Positions 9,689-19,577 are shown, numbered from the stretch's first letter. The stretch is 64,000 nt of DNA from an uncultured Spirochaetales bacterium (GCA_964519835.1 CAZFLD010000006.1:1-64000), one strand, 5' to 3'. Notes: generated by a model from the sequence alone, not told the origin. Numbers and translations are program-made.

Positions 9689-10768
9689 ATGAAAAAGCAT
9701 GTGTTTAACGCGGGGCCCGGCGCATTGCCGCTGCCCGTGCTCGAGAGGATCGCGGAGGACGTCCCGAACTTCAAAGGGATTGGATACTCGCTCTTGGAGG
9801 CGAGCCACCGGAGTGCTGAGTATAGTGAGGTCCACCAACACACAAAGTCACGGCTCGTCGAGCTTTTGAGCCTGCCGCCCAACTACGAACTCCTGTTCCT
9901 CGGGGGCGGGGCGACGTTGCAGTTTGCGATGGTACCGATGAACTTTGCCCACGACGCCGACGCACCGCGCTACGTTGTGTCCGGATCATGGTCGAAAAAG
10001 GCCCTTGCAGATGCGAAGAAGGTTGGGAGTGCCGAGGCCGTCTGGGACGGTGCGGAGTCTGGGTACACCACCCTGCCCTCGCCCGAGGCCATTGTTCCCA
10101 CCGACGATGCAGCCTACCTGCACATCACCACCAACGAGACAATCGGCGGCGTGCAGTACAAGACGTTTCCAACCACCGGCTCGATTCCACTCGTGGCGGA
10201 CATGTCGAGCGACATTCTGAGCCGGCCGGTAGAGATGTCACAGTTCGCGCTTGTGTACGCCGGCGCCCAGAAGAACCTGGGACCGGCCGGCGTCACCGTT
10301 GTTGCCGTCAAGAAAGACTTCCTCGATTTGGCAAGCGAGTCACTGCCGGCCTACCTCAGCTACAAGACCCACGCGAAGGCGGACTCGCTCTACAACACGC
10401 CGCCGGTTTTTGCGATTTGGGCACTGGGACTGGTAGGTGACTGGGTTGTCGACCAAGGGGGAATCGACGCCGTGGCGAAGACCAACGCCCAAAAAGCCGG
10501 CGCCATTTACGCGGTGATCGACTCCTCCGACGGCTTCTACCGCTGTCCCGTCAATCCGTCGGTCAGGTCCACGATGAATGTTGTCTTTCGACTTCCCACC
10601 GAGGATCTCGAGAAGCAGTTTATCGCTGAAGCCGGCGAAGCGGGCATGGTCGGCCTAAAAGGCCACCGTAGCGTCGGCGGCTGCCGAGCATCGATCTATA
10701 ACGCCGTCTCGGAGCAGTCCGTGGCGACCCTCGCGCAGTTTATGGAGTCGTTCAAAAAACGCACGTAA
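9689..10768 (+). CDS. serC: Phosphoserine aminotransferase.
   Basis: MKKHVFNAGPGALP...LFLGGGATLQFAMVPMN...KNLGPAGVTVV... is the class V aminotransferase SerC signature. Length 359 aa. Confidence 0.85.
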   Translation: MKKHVFNAGPGALPLPVLERIAEDVPNFKGIGYSLLEASHRSAEYSEVHQHTKSRLVELLSLPPNYELLFLGGGATLQFAMVPMNFAHDADAPRYVVSGSWSKKALADAKKVGSAEAVWDGAESGYTTLPSPEAIVPTDDAAYLHITTNETIGGVQYKTFPTTGSIPLVADMSSDILSRPVEMSQFALVYAGAQKNLGPAGVTVVAVKKDFLDLASESLPAYLSYKTHAKADSLYNTPPVFAIWALGLVGDWVVDQGGIDAVAKTNAQKAGAIYAVIDSSDGFYRCPVNPSVRSTMNVVFRLPTEDLEKQFIAEAGEAGMVGLKGHRSVGGCRASIYNAVSEQSVATLAQFMESFKKRT

Positions 10769-10833
10769 CACACGACCGGACACGGCGCCTAAAACGGCGC
10801 ACAGGCGGCGGCCAAGACGGTGGCCGAACAAAG

Positions 10834-11403
10834 CTAGAACGGCGTTTCCTTGACAAAAAAGTCGTCGAGGAGTAGCCGAGTGTCGGACACCGCGTCGATG
10901 ACGAGCTCGACGTCTATCGTGTTCCCCAAGACGGTAAACGGCTCCGACACAAATCGGCGAAACTCAAGAGTGTCGTCTCCACCGTCGCCGCCTGCCCGAG
11001 CACCGGAGGCGTCGGAAACGGAGGCCTCGTCGTGGAGGACGGTAAAGCGAATCGGCTCGGCGTCGTCGGCATGGACAATCACTGCGACTTCCGTGGCGCC
11101 GGATGCCGCAAAGTCAAAGCCCAGGATGAACTCGGAACGGGCGGGAAGCCGATCGACCGTCCACAGGAGACGGCCGGCTCCAGGACGCTGCTCGAGGCGC
11201 AAGACCTCTCGCCCGGATACCTCCACACCCGGCGTGGCGGCCGGCGCGGGCTCGCCACCGATTTCGGTTGGGGGTACCGACTCGAGCCCGTTGTTGTCAA
11301 AGGTGTACAAAGAACCGCCCGTTGCGCAGGCGGCGGTCAGAATGGCGACGATTACCGCGACAAGAGCGGTTTTGGTGGTCCGCATGACTTGGAAGTCTAC
11401 CAT
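10834..11403 (-). CDS. Hypothetical secreted lipoprotein.
   Basis: N-terminal signal peptide with lipobox-like ...AILTAAC. No recognisable domain. Lies antisense to a spurious 260-aa + frame. Confidence 0.4.
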   Translation of the reverse strand: MVDFQVMRTTKTALVAVIVAILTAACATGGSLYTFDNNGLESVPPTEIGGEPAPAATPGVEVSGREVLRLEQRPGAGRLLWTVDRLPARSEFILGFDFAASGATEVAVIVHADDAEPIRFTVLHDEASVSDASGARAGGDGGDDTLEFRRFVSEPFTVLGNTIDVELVIDAVSDTRLLLDDFFVKETPF

Positions 11404-11434
11404 ACTCGCTTGAGGCTAACGACCGGCCTTTATT

Positions 11435-11800
11435 ATGATGCACAGAGTCATGCTCCTCATGCGTTACTGCCTCAGGACGTTTGTGTCGAACCTCTACTTC
11501 TCTCTGCTGCTCAGCATGGCGGTGTTTGTCATACCGTTTTTCACCGAAGAGATCACCGCATGGAACGTGGAGTTGGGCCTCAGGTTTGTGGCGATCGCTT
11601 TGCCCATCCTCTTCTCAACGCTGGGCGTGGTGGTGTCGAACATATACACGTTTCGAAGCAATCGGTCGGGCCTGATCCTCTACTACAATCTTCATTACCG
11701 GCAGGCCACTCTGGTTTTTGCGTCTTTTCTTTCGACCATTCCGATTTCAACGGTAACGCTGGCAACGGCATTGACCCTGCCGCTTCCCGGGATGACGTAA
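11435..11800 (+). CDS. Small membrane protein (about 3 TM helices), hypothetical.
   Basis: 121 aa, very hydrophobic. GC is locally lower than the surroundings. Its stop abuts the GTG start of the next gene. Confidence 0.35.
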   Translation: MMHRVMLLMRYCLRTFVSNLYFSLLLSMAVFVIPFFTEEITAWNVELGLRFVAIALPILFSTLGVVVSNIYTFRSNRSGLILYYNLHYRQATLVFASFLSTIPISTVTLATALTLPLPGMT

Positions 11801-12514
11801 GTGTTGAGTGTTGATAGCCTCCACTTCTCCTACCCCGGGCGACGCCTCCTCACGGGAGTTCATCTCAAGGCACGAGAAGGAGAGGTCGTCGGCATTCTAG
11901 GGCGAAACGGAAGCGGCAAGAGCACGCTCCTCGAGATCATATTCGGTGTCAAGACCGAGGCATCCGGATACGTGTCATGGAATGGAAGTGCGACAAGACG
12001 ACTCTACACAAAGCGGGGCATTGCCGCATACCTACCGCAGGACAGTTTTTTACCCCCGGGCATAGTTGTAAAGCGCCTGATTCCCCGTGTGGTAAAAAGG
12101 GAGTGCGTCTCCGAACTCCGACACGATCCGCGAATAACCTACATTCTCGACCGTCGAATCCATCAATTGTCGGGAGGCGAACGGCGCTACCTCGAGCTGC
12201 GCCTCCTCTTCGGCCGGAAGGCCTCTCTCTACCTCTTGGACGAACCGCTAAACGAGATGGATCCCGTCGGGAGAGAACACGTCGTGCACCTTATCACCGA
12301 CGCTGCAAAATCCTCCGCTGTGATCCTGACGGGTCACGTCTATCGGGACATCTTCGACCTGAGCCGTCGTACCTTTGTGATCAAGGACGGCCAACTCTAT
12401 CCAGCGGACACCAAGGCGGACATCCGACGACTAGGGTTTCTGCCGCTGCGCGACCCGGACCTGCGGCGGTCTATTTCCGAGCGAACTTCAGAGGAGCACG
12501 CGGATGGAAATTGA
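11801..12514 (+). CDS. ABC-type ATP-binding protein.
   Basis: Walker A GRNGSGKSTLL, signature LSGGERRYL, Walker B LYLLDEPLNEMD. GTG start directly after the upstream stop. The 3' end overlaps the next gene by 11 nt. Confidence 0.7.
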   Translation: MLSVDSLHFSYPGRRLLTGVHLKAREGEVVGILGRNGSGKSTLLEIIFGVKTEASGYVSWNGSATRRLYTKRGIAAYLPQDSFLPPGIVVKRLIPRVVKRECVSELRHDPRITYILDRRIHQLSGGERRYLELRLLFGRKASLYLLDEPLNEMDPVGREHVVHLITDAAKSSAVILTGHVYRDIFDLSRRTFVIKDGQLYPADTKADIRRLGFLPLRDPDLRRSISERTSEEHADGN

Positions 12515-13835
12515 CGAGAAGACAATCGCAGAGCTCGAGGTTTTTGAGGCATCACAGCCCGAAGCTCCCGCCCTTTGCGACTTATTTGACCATACGCGGA
12601 CCGAAGGCGGCCGGTACGCATTGCGGCGGCTCTTTGTCAACGCACCGGGAGATATGGCGGCGCTGGTTGAGCGGCAAGACGCGCTCGGCTATATCATGGA
12701 TCACTACGACCGGTGGGCCGGCTTGGAAGAGGTGTGTGCCGCCGGGGTTGTGGATTCGGTGTCCTCGTACATCGACACCAATCTCGCTACCGTAAAGTCT
12801 CTGTCCTTCCCCGCGGTCCAGGCTTCGGCAATCTACTGGCGCGTTTTTCAGGCGGAATCGTTTTACACGATTAAGCTTGGCACAAATCGTACAAGAACTC
12901 TTGTTGCGTCCCTCGAGCAGTTTCTCCGTGAAATCGGGCCCGGTCCGTTTCCCGCGGAGCTCGAGCGATATGTCTTCCGAGTTCGCGAAGTACTCAGCTC
13001 ACCTGTTGCGGCTGCGGCAAAAAGGCGCGCGGGCCCGGCCGGCGTCGCGCGCCTCGATCGCCTTGTGCGCAGCGAATGTGCCGACCTGATGCGGGGTGTC
13101 TGCCAGGCGCTGTTCGAGCTCGACGCGCTGGTGTCCGTTGGGTTTGCTTCGTATGACCTCGGCTTTACCTTCCCCGAGATCCTCGGCACCGGGGAGGAAC
13201 ATCGGATTGTTGCGGCGGAGTTAAAAAACCCGTTTATCGAAAACTGCGTGCCGCTTGATATCAAAATTGCATCGCGGCTAACTGTGCTGCTCCTTACCGG
13301 GCCGAACATGGCGGGCAAAACGAGTTTTCTCAAGTCGCTCGGCGCGGCTCTATATCTGGCACACCTGGGCCTTCCGGTCGCCGCAGGTCGGTTTGCGTTT
13401 GTACCGTTTGAAAGCTTGGTGACCAGTATGAGCATGGAGGAGGACATCCGGTCGGGCAAGAGCTACTTCTACCGGGAAATCGGTCGCATTCAGGACGTGG
13501 GACTGATCGTATCCTCCGGTCGTGCCGTAGTTGCACTTTTTGACGAGCTGTTTCGAGGCACCAACGTCAAGGACGCCTTCGAGGCATCCGAGGCCGTCTT
13601 GGAGCTCTTCCGTCGCACCAATGGAAGCTTGTTTGTGGTTTCGTCACACCTGGTGGAATTGGCCGAGAAGCTGCGGGACCAAGACGACGTCGGTCTGTTT
13701 TGTTTGAACGCCGATTTTGACAAGGACGGCGTACACTACCCCTATCGGATCGAACCCGGCGTGTCCGATCAGCGGCTTGGCTTGTATCTTCTCCGGTCCG
13801 AGAATCTCGACCGATTATTCACTCATCGGCGTTGA
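12504..13835 (+). CDS. MutS-family ATPase carrying only the core/lever-like region plus the ABC ATPase domain V. It lacks the mismatch-binding and connector domains and has no Smr domain.
   Basis: The N-terminus has the MutS domain-III-like motif (ELEVFE...DLFDHTRTEGGRYALRRLFVNAP...RQDALGYI). The C-terminus has the MutS Walker A LLTGPNMAGKTSFLKSLG and ...FDELFRGTN. A GAGGAG RBS sits 7 nt upstream of the ATG. Confidence 0.65.
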   Translation: MEIDEKTIAELEVFEASQPEAPALCDLFDHTRTEGGRYALRRLFVNAPGDMAALVERQDALGYIMDHYDRWAGLEEVCAAGVVDSVSSYIDTNLATVKSLSFPAVQASAIYWRVFQAESFYTIKLGTNRTRTLVASLEQFLREIGPGPFPAELERYVFRVREVLSSPVAAAAKRRAGPAGVARLDRLVRSECADLMRGVCQALFELDALVSVGFASYDLGFTFPEILGTGEEHRIVAAELKNPFIENCVPLDIKIASRLTVLLLTGPNMAGKTSFLKSLGAALYLAHLGLPVAAGRFAFVPFESLVTSMSMEEDIRSGKSYFYREIGRIQDVGLIVSSGRAVVALFDELFRGTNVKDAFEASEAVLELFRRTNGSLFVVSSHLVELAEKLRDQDDVGLFCLNADFDKDGVHYPYRIEPGVSDQRLGLYLLRSENLDRLFTHRR

Positions 13836-13984
13836 CGGCAGCCGGTTACCGGGGTATATTTATAGCTGGAGGTTGCGAATGGACGAACCTTTCCGAACAC
13901 GCCGGTCGATTCCGGCACCCTTGACCCAAACCTTCAATGCCAAGAGCATGTAAATCATTCTTCTAACATCATGTTTAGAACAGA

Positions 13985-14009
13985 GCCGGTAGTTAGTACC
14001 GGCTTTTTT
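13985..14009 (+). terminator. Rho-independent terminator candidate.
   Basis: gccggta-gttag-taccggc is a 7-bp perfect stem with a 5-nt loop, followed by tttttt. Confidence 0.5.
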
Positions 14010-14031
14010 ATGGCCCGTTGGAACCGATCCC

Positions 14032-14889
14032 TCACAGCACCCCTCGCGCGCGATACTCCCCGGGAGTCAGGCCCGTCCGACTCTTAAAAACGCGGGAAAA
14101 GTACGCGCCGTCGGCAAAACCCAATTCTTCAGCGATCGCCTTGAGCGGCAGGTCCCCGTGCAGGAGCCGTATCTGCGCCGACTCGATCCGGCGATTGAGC
14201 ACGTAGGTCATCGGCGATACACCACAATCGGCGGTAAATCTGTTGGAAAAGTAGGTGGGATGCAGATGTACGATCCGAGACAGCGTCGCGTTTGTGATTC
14301 GCTCATGAAGGTGTCTCTCGACGTAGTCGAATATCGGACCAAAACGCGTTAGACCGGCGAGCTCACGGAACAACACAGCCCGTTGCACAAAAGGCTCGAG
14401 GAGGAGGCGCACTCGGTTTAACGCGACAAACGGCGAGTCAACACACGAGGCAACCGCCACCTTGGCAATCTCTCGCTCAAGACTGCCGGCTTTGCACGCG
14501 ATCGGCGTCTTGTAGACGGAGAAAAACGAGTGCGCGCCGGGAAGATTTATGGTGATGTGGAACCAGTAGTGCTTCATGCCTACCGCATCACCAAATCGAA
14601 CGGACCGCCGCTCCGGCAGGAGGTACAGATTGTATGGTTGAAGTGCCAACGGCTCGCCGTCGAGGTGCAGCGACCCGGCGCCGTCCATCACAACATACAA
14701 CCGTGAGTAGGGATCCCGGTTCTCGATGTTTGTATTCCAGTGGCGGTCAATGGTGGTTAGGTCGGAAGCGAGCACAGACACCGACAGTTGCTGCATCGTC
14801 ATTATGCTTTGAGCGTAGGGATTATCTGTAAATTGTACAACGATTGCTGTGGCCCGTACCTTGCTCCGTCGTCTGGTTTGTCCTAGCAT
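14032..14889 (-). CDS. AraC-family transcriptional regulator (cupin-like sensor plus AraC HTH).
   Basis: The C-terminus ...LKAIAEELGFADGAYFSRVFKSRTGLTPGEYRA is a canonical AraC HTH. Confidence 0.8.
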   Translation of the reverse strand: MLGQTRRRSKVRATAIVVQFTDNPYAQSIMTMQQLSVSVLASDLTTIDRHWNTNIENRDPYSRLYVVMDGAGSLHLDGEPLALQPYNLYLLPERRSVRFGDAVGMKHYWFHITINLPGAHSFFSVYKTPIACKAGSLEREIAKVAVASCVDSPFVALNRVRLLLEPFVQRAVLFRELAGLTRFGPIFDYVERHLHERITNATLSRIVHLHPTYFSNRFTADCGVSPMTYVLNRRIESAQIRLLHGDLPLKAIAEELGFADGAYFSRVFKSRTGLTPGEYRARGVL

Positions 14890-14912
14890 AGGCCGTATGA
14901 GGGCATAGGCCT

Positions 14913-16223
14913 ATGAGGGAAACAAGACCAACAACAGGGGACAGCAACTGGTTTGTGAATGATCGATTTGGAATGTTTATACATTGGGGACTCTATGCCC
15001 TTCCGGCGCGGCATGAGTGGGTCAAAAACAGGGAGGAGATAGACGACGAGACCTACGATCGCTATTTCCGTCGTTTTGATCCGGACCTCTACGATCCTGC
15101 GTTATGGGCAAAGGCCGCCGCGAATGCCGGTATGAAGTACTTTGTTATTACCACAAAGCACCACGACGGTTTTTGCCTCTGGGACTCCAAGCTCACGGAT
15201 TACAAGGCGACAAACACGCCGGCAGGCCAAGACCTTATTCGACCGATGGTGGAGGCATTTAGGAACGAAGGCCTTCGGGTGGGTTTCTATCATTCGCTTA
15301 TTGACTGGCACCACCCCGACTTCACCGTTGACATGCGCCATTCTTTGCGAAATCATCCCGATGCCCTGGAAATGAACCGGGGCCGCGACATGGCCAAATA
15401 CCGAACATACCTGCATGGCCAAGTAGAGGAACTCCTTAGCGACTTCGGAACGGTCGACATTCTCTGGTTCGATTTCTCGTACCCCGGCGCGGACGATCCA
15501 ACCGGCCAAGGGTTCAAGGGCAAGGGTCACCAGGATTGGGACAGCAAGACGATTTTGGAGACGGTGCGAAGACTTCAGCCGAAAATCCTTCTAAACGACC
15601 GACTTGATTTGCCCGGAAGTGCCGACCTCCTAACACCGGAACAATATCAGCCGCAGGAATGGCCGACGGTCGACGGCACCCCCGTCGTATGGGAGGCATG
15701 CCAGACGTTCTCCGGGTCGTGGGGCTACCACCGGGACGAATCCACCTGGAAGAGCCCGGAACAGCTTATTCAGCTGTTGGTGAACAGCGTCTCCCTCGGT
15801 GGCAACCTCCTGATAAACGTCGGGCCGACCGGGCGTGGCGAGTTTGACGAACGGGCGCTTTTGTCCCTCGAGACCTACGGAACGTGGATGCGCCGCCACA
15901 AGCGCGCCATCTACGGGTGCACGCAGAGTGAATTCGAATCACCGACCGACTGTCGCTACACCCAGAACGGAAAGAGACTCTACTTGCACGTTTTTAATTG
16001 GCCGTTTCGCCACATCCATCTGCCGGACCTCGCAGGCAAAATCGAGTATGCGCAGTTGCTTCACGATGCGTCGGAAATCCGATACAGGGAGTTCGGCAAC
16101 AATGCCGCCGCTTCCGGCGTCCAGACCGTCCACTTCTCGGGCAAACCCGGATCGGTTGTGCTGGAGGTTCCGATCAACAAGCCAAACGTGGTTGTACCTG
16201 TCATCGAGATTTTCTTGAAGTAG
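14913..16223 (+). CDS. Alpha-L-fucosidase (GH29).
   Basis: FGMFIHWGLYALPA...GMKYFVITTKHHDGFCLWDSKLTDY...GFYHSLIDWHHPDF is the GH29 catalytic-domain signature. Confidence 0.85.
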   Translation: MRETRPTTGDSNWFVNDRFGMFIHWGLYALPARHEWVKNREEIDDETYDRYFRRFDPDLYDPALWAKAAANAGMKYFVITTKHHDGFCLWDSKLTDYKATNTPAGQDLIRPMVEAFRNEGLRVGFYHSLIDWHHPDFTVDMRHSLRNHPDALEMNRGRDMAKYRTYLHGQVEELLSDFGTVDILWFDFSYPGADDPTGQGFKGKGHQDWDSKTILETVRRLQPKILLNDRLDLPGSADLLTPEQYQPQEWPTVDGTPVVWEACQTFSGSWGYHRDESTWKSPEQLIQLLVNSVSLGGNLLINVGPTGRGEFDERALLSLETYGTWMRRHKRAIYGCTQSEFESPTDCRYTQNGKRLYLHVFNWPFRHIHLPDLAGKIEYAQLLHDASEIRYREFGNNAAASGVQTVHFSGKPGSVVLEVPINKPNVVVPVIEIFLK

Positions 16224-16285
16224 AGCTCAGAGCTTGGTATCCGCCGCCGGTAGGCGGAGCCGGACCGAGAAAGCGATCCACACTG

Positions 16286-17041
16286 CTACTCGTCTATCAG
16301 ATGGTGAAGTGTTGCCGCCTCCGTGGGTAGCGTCTCGATGCTGTCGTCCGGCATAAACTCCAAAAGGAGGTCCGGATCGGCGCCGTAGGAGCGGATTTCC
16401 GACACAAACCGGCGCCACCTGTCCATCCCGTTGTCGAGCGGCCGGCGGTGCTTTCCGTCGGGCCACCAATGGAAGACATGCACATTTGACAGATACGGCA
16501 AGGCATCTTGCAGTGAGAGTATACACTCCTCGGTGTCTGCTCCTTGCGGAGGCTGCCAGAGAGTCTTGACCGCCGGATGCGCCGTCTTCTCGAACAGGAG
16601 CGTTGCCGAAGCGCGGGTGTCCGTAAGTGTGTTGCCATGATATTCAAAGGCGATCGTTACGCCTTCGGCGGCCGCAGTTTCCGCCAGGCGAAGTGTCTCC
16701 TCTACCACCCCGTTTTGGTATTGGTCGCCAGCGTCTTTGGACGCGCGCTTTCCGGCCCAGACTCGGATGATAGGGGCACCAAGTGCCAGTGCGGTATCGA
16801 CCACTTGCCGGTGTTCCGGCTGACCGGGCTCCCCGAGCCGCAGATACGATCCGTACGCCGAAACTGCAAGGCCTCTGTCTTCTGTGATGCGCGCCACTTC
16901 CCCCGCCGCGCTGAGATCACCGTGGGGAACATGAACATCCCCGCCCCACTCGACACACTCCAGACGTGCTGCAGCTGCCGCCTTGACCACCTCGGCCGGC
17001 GTGTGCCGGCGGAAGCTGATGGATACGAGGCCTTTTCGCAT
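16286..17041 (-). CDS. Sugar phosphate isomerase/epimerase (xylose-isomerase-like TIM barrel).
   Basis: 251 aa, VSISFRRHTPAEVVKAAAAARLECVEWGGDVH... fits the AP-endonuclease-2/xylose-isomerase-like fold. Confidence 0.65.
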   Translation of the reverse strand: MRKGLVSISFRRHTPAEVVKAAAAARLECVEWGGDVHVPHGDLSAAGEVARITEDRGLAVSAYGSYLRLGEPGQPEHRQVVDTALALGAPIIRVWAGKRASKDAGDQYQNGVVEETLRLAETAAAEGVTIAFEYHGNTLTDTRASATLLFEKTAHPAVKTLWQPPQGADTEECILSLQDALPYLSNVHVFHWWPDGKHRRPLDNGMDRWRRFVSEIRSYGADPDLLLEFMPDDSIETLPTEAATLHHLIDE

Positions 17042-17043
17042 TG

Positions 17044-18036
17044 CTATGCCATCCTTGTGACGGTTTCTGCCGTTACTTCATGGAGAAGCTGTTCGCCGCG
17101 GATAAAACGCTCGAACTCCGCCACCATCCAGTCTCCCATACGAGTGACTTCTCCACCGATACTCCCCGCGATGTGTGGCGTGAGGAAGACGTTCGAAAGA
17201 TCGAACAACGGCGATACAGCGTCGGGTGGTTCCGGGTAGGTCACGTCGAGAACCGCGTGCAAGTCGGACCGCTTTTTAAGTTCCGCGCACAGGGCGGTCT
17301 CATCCACGATTGCGCCACGAGAGGTGTTGATAAGAGTGGCGTTGGGCTTCATCGAGCGAAGCAACCTACTCTCCACAAGCCCCTCGGTCTCCTTTAACCA
17401 CGGCGTGTGGAGACTTACGACGTCGCAGGCGGAAAAGAGCTCTTCGAGCGTTGCCGGAGTCGCGCCAAGCTTTGTGACCGCGGCGGAATCCACGAACGGG
17501 TCGTGCACCAGAACCTCGACATCCAGACTGTGAAGCCGGGCGAGCACGAGGCGACCGATTGCACCAAGAGAAACGAGGCCGACCTTTGTCCGATACGCGC
17601 CCACGACCCCATCGGTCACTCGTTGACCTCTAGTGCTACAGTAATGGCGGGAAAGTCGAAAGGCACCTTTCAGCGACAACACGATCAGCGAAAAGGCAAA
17701 CTCGGCGACGGGGACGGCGTTGGCCTGCCACGCCGAACAGACGCGGACGCCGGCGCAAAAAAGCTCGTCCGTTACAAAGCCCTTAACACTTCCCGCCGCA
17801 TAAAACACCGCCTTGAGCTGTGGTGACGTCGAAAGGAAATCCGCGTTTATTTTGGGCATGCCCCATGTTCCAAAGATAACCTCGGCGTCGGCAAGGGCCG
17901 CGGTGTGGCCGAACGGGCTGTTACCGGGGATGTCTATTCCATAGACCCGCGCAAGCTCCCCCAGTCGGCGGCGAGCATCATCTGAGTAGGCAAGCGACAG
18001 CTTGTCGGGTGCGCCGAGAAAAACAGCGTTTTGCAT
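17044..18036 (-). CDS. D-isomer-specific 2-hydroxyacid dehydrogenase (glyoxylate/hydroxypyruvate-reductase-like).
   Basis: NAD-binding GLVSLGAIGRLVLARL...; catalytic region ...TPHIAGS.... Length 330 aa. Confidence 0.75.
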   Translation of the reverse strand: MQNAVFLGAPDKLSLAYSDDARRRLGELARVYGIDIPGNSPFGHTAALADAEVIFGTWGMPKINADFLSTSPQLKAVFYAAGSVKGFVTDELFCAGVRVCSAWQANAVPVAEFAFSLIVLSLKGAFRLSRHYCSTRGQRVTDGVVGAYRTKVGLVSLGAIGRLVLARLHSLDVEVLVHDPFVDSAAVTKLGATPATLEELFSACDVVSLHTPWLKETEGLVESRLLRSMKPNATLINTSRGAIVDETALCAELKKRSDLHAVLDVTYPEPPDAVSPLFDLSNVFLTPHIAGSIGGEVTRMGDWMVAEFERFIRGEQLLHEVTAETVTRMA

Positions 18037-18098
18037 AGATTACGAGGCTACACGGGCACGGTGGGAGGTGCAAGCCGCCGGGTACGTCCCGTAGTCTG

Positions 18099-19577
18099 CT
18101 ACGGGAGCTTACGCGGGTTGTAGATGTCGGTGGCAAGACCCTTCACGTCCGCGGCCGCCTCCATGATCGTCTCGGACAGCGTCGGATGCGGATGGACGGT
18201 CAAAGCCAGGTCGTCGGCCAGCGCGGCCATCTCAATAGCAAAGGTAGCCTCAGGGATAAGCTCGCCGGCGTCGCGACCCACCACCCCGACTCCGAGCACT
18301 CGATTTGTCTCGGCATCAGCAATAACCTTAGTCTTTCCGATCTTTGCGCCCATCGAGAGAGCTCTCCCGGACGCGGCCCACGGAAACGCCCCAACCGTCA
18401 CCGCAATGCCCTTTTCCTTGGCCTGCTGTTCGGTCAGACCACACCAGGCGATCTCGGGAACCGTATACTCAACGGCGGGAATCGTCGCGGGATCATAGAC
18501 CACTTCCTCGCCCGCGCAGTTCTCGGCAGCAACATGGCCCTCGAGTTTTGCTTTGTGCGCCAGAAGCGGCGCGCCTGTCACGTCGCCCGCGGCGTAGATG
18601 GACGGCACGCTCGTTCGTCGGGCCTCATCAACGGTCACAAATCCCTTTTTATCGGTAACAACACCTATCTCTTCGAGGCCGATGTCCTGCGTATTCGGAA
18701 CATTGCCGACGGTCAAGAGAACGCGTTCGAAGACCTCGGGGTCGCCCTCCTCCGTCACCGAGTCGCCCGTCCCCGAGTCGCCGGCCCGCCCCCTACTGTC
18801 CGCGTCGGTGGCCGATGTGAAGGTGACTCGGACTCCGTTCTTCTCGTCTTGCATGTCCGAAACTACGGTTTCCGTACGAATAGACGAGAACGTAGACTTG
18901 TTGGCCTTAAGGAATACGTCGACGAGGTCCCTGTCGGCGCCGGGCATGATACCGCTTGTCATCTCACAAACGGTGACCTTCGATCCAAGTCGGCTGAACA
19001 CGGTGCCCAGCTCCAAGCCGATGTAACCACCTCCGACAACGAGCAAGGATGATGGAACATGTTCCAGATCGAGTGCGGACTTTGCTACCCACACCTTCCC
19101 GGAGTCTATGTCGATGCCGGGAAGGCGCGCCGACTTGGCGCCCGTTGAGATTATCGCATTCTTGAAGGCAACGGGCTCCGTGTTACCCTCGCCGTCGGCT
19201 ACCTCGATTGTATTCTTGTCCGCAAAGCGCCCGCGGCCGCGGTAGTAAGTGATCTTCCGCTTCTTGACGAGGCCGCCGAGGCCCTTTGTGAGGGAGGAGA
19301 CAACCCTGTCTTTGAATGCTCGAACACCGTCGAGGTCCACGTCGGGCTTCCCGTAGGTGACACCAAAGTCCGCCGCATGCGCGGCGTCGTCCATTACCTT
19401 CACGATGTGTAGGAGCGCCTTAGTCGGCACGCAGCCCCAATAGAGACACACGCCGCCGGGATTTTCGAGCTCGTCTATTAGGGCCACGTTGAGCCCGAGG
19501 TCGGCGGCGCGAAATGCTGCCGCATAGCCGCCCGGTCCTCCGCCCAGTACCGCCACGTCGAATGTTTTTTTAGCCAT
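18099..19577 (-). CDS. lpdA: Dihydrolipoyl dehydrogenase (E3).
   Basis: FDVAVLGGGPGGYAAA...GGVCLYWGCVPTKALL is the redox-active disulfide. An acidic insertion (DSRGRAGDSGTGDSVTEEGD) is present. Confidence 0.9.
   Translation of the reverse strand: MAKKTFDVAVLGGGPGGYAAAFRAADLGLNVALIDELENPGGVCLYWGCVPTKALLHIVKVMDDAAHAADFGVTYGKPDVDLDGVRAFKDRVVSSLTKGLGGLVKKRKITYYRGRGRFADKNTIEVADGEGNTEPVAFKNAIISTGAKSARLPGIDIDSGKVWVAKSALDLEHVPSSLLVVGGGYIGLELGTVFSRLGSKVTVCEMTSGIMPGADRDLVDVFLKANKSTFSSIRTETVVSDMQDEKNGVRVTFTSATDADSRGRAGDSGTGDSVTEEGDPEVFERVLLTVGNVPNTQDIGLEEIGVVTDKKGFVTVDEARRTSVPSIYAAGDVTGAPLLAHKAKLEGHVAAENCAGEEVVYDPATIPAVEYTVPEIAWCGLTEQQAKEKGIAVTVGAFPWAASGRALSMGAKIGKTKVIADAETNRVLGVGVVGRDAGELIPEATFAIEMAALADDLALTVHPHPTLSETIMEAAADVKGLATDIYNPRKLP

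Noticed and set aside
11032-11814. 260-aa + strand ORF.
   Set aside because: It is antisense to the lipoprotein gene, which has a clean signal peptide, and out of frame with the small membrane protein. No motifs.
16224-16285. CCGCC-gccggta-GGCGG hairpin between the convergent fucosidase and isomerase genes.
   Set aside because: No flanking T/A tracts, so not a convincing intrinsic terminator.
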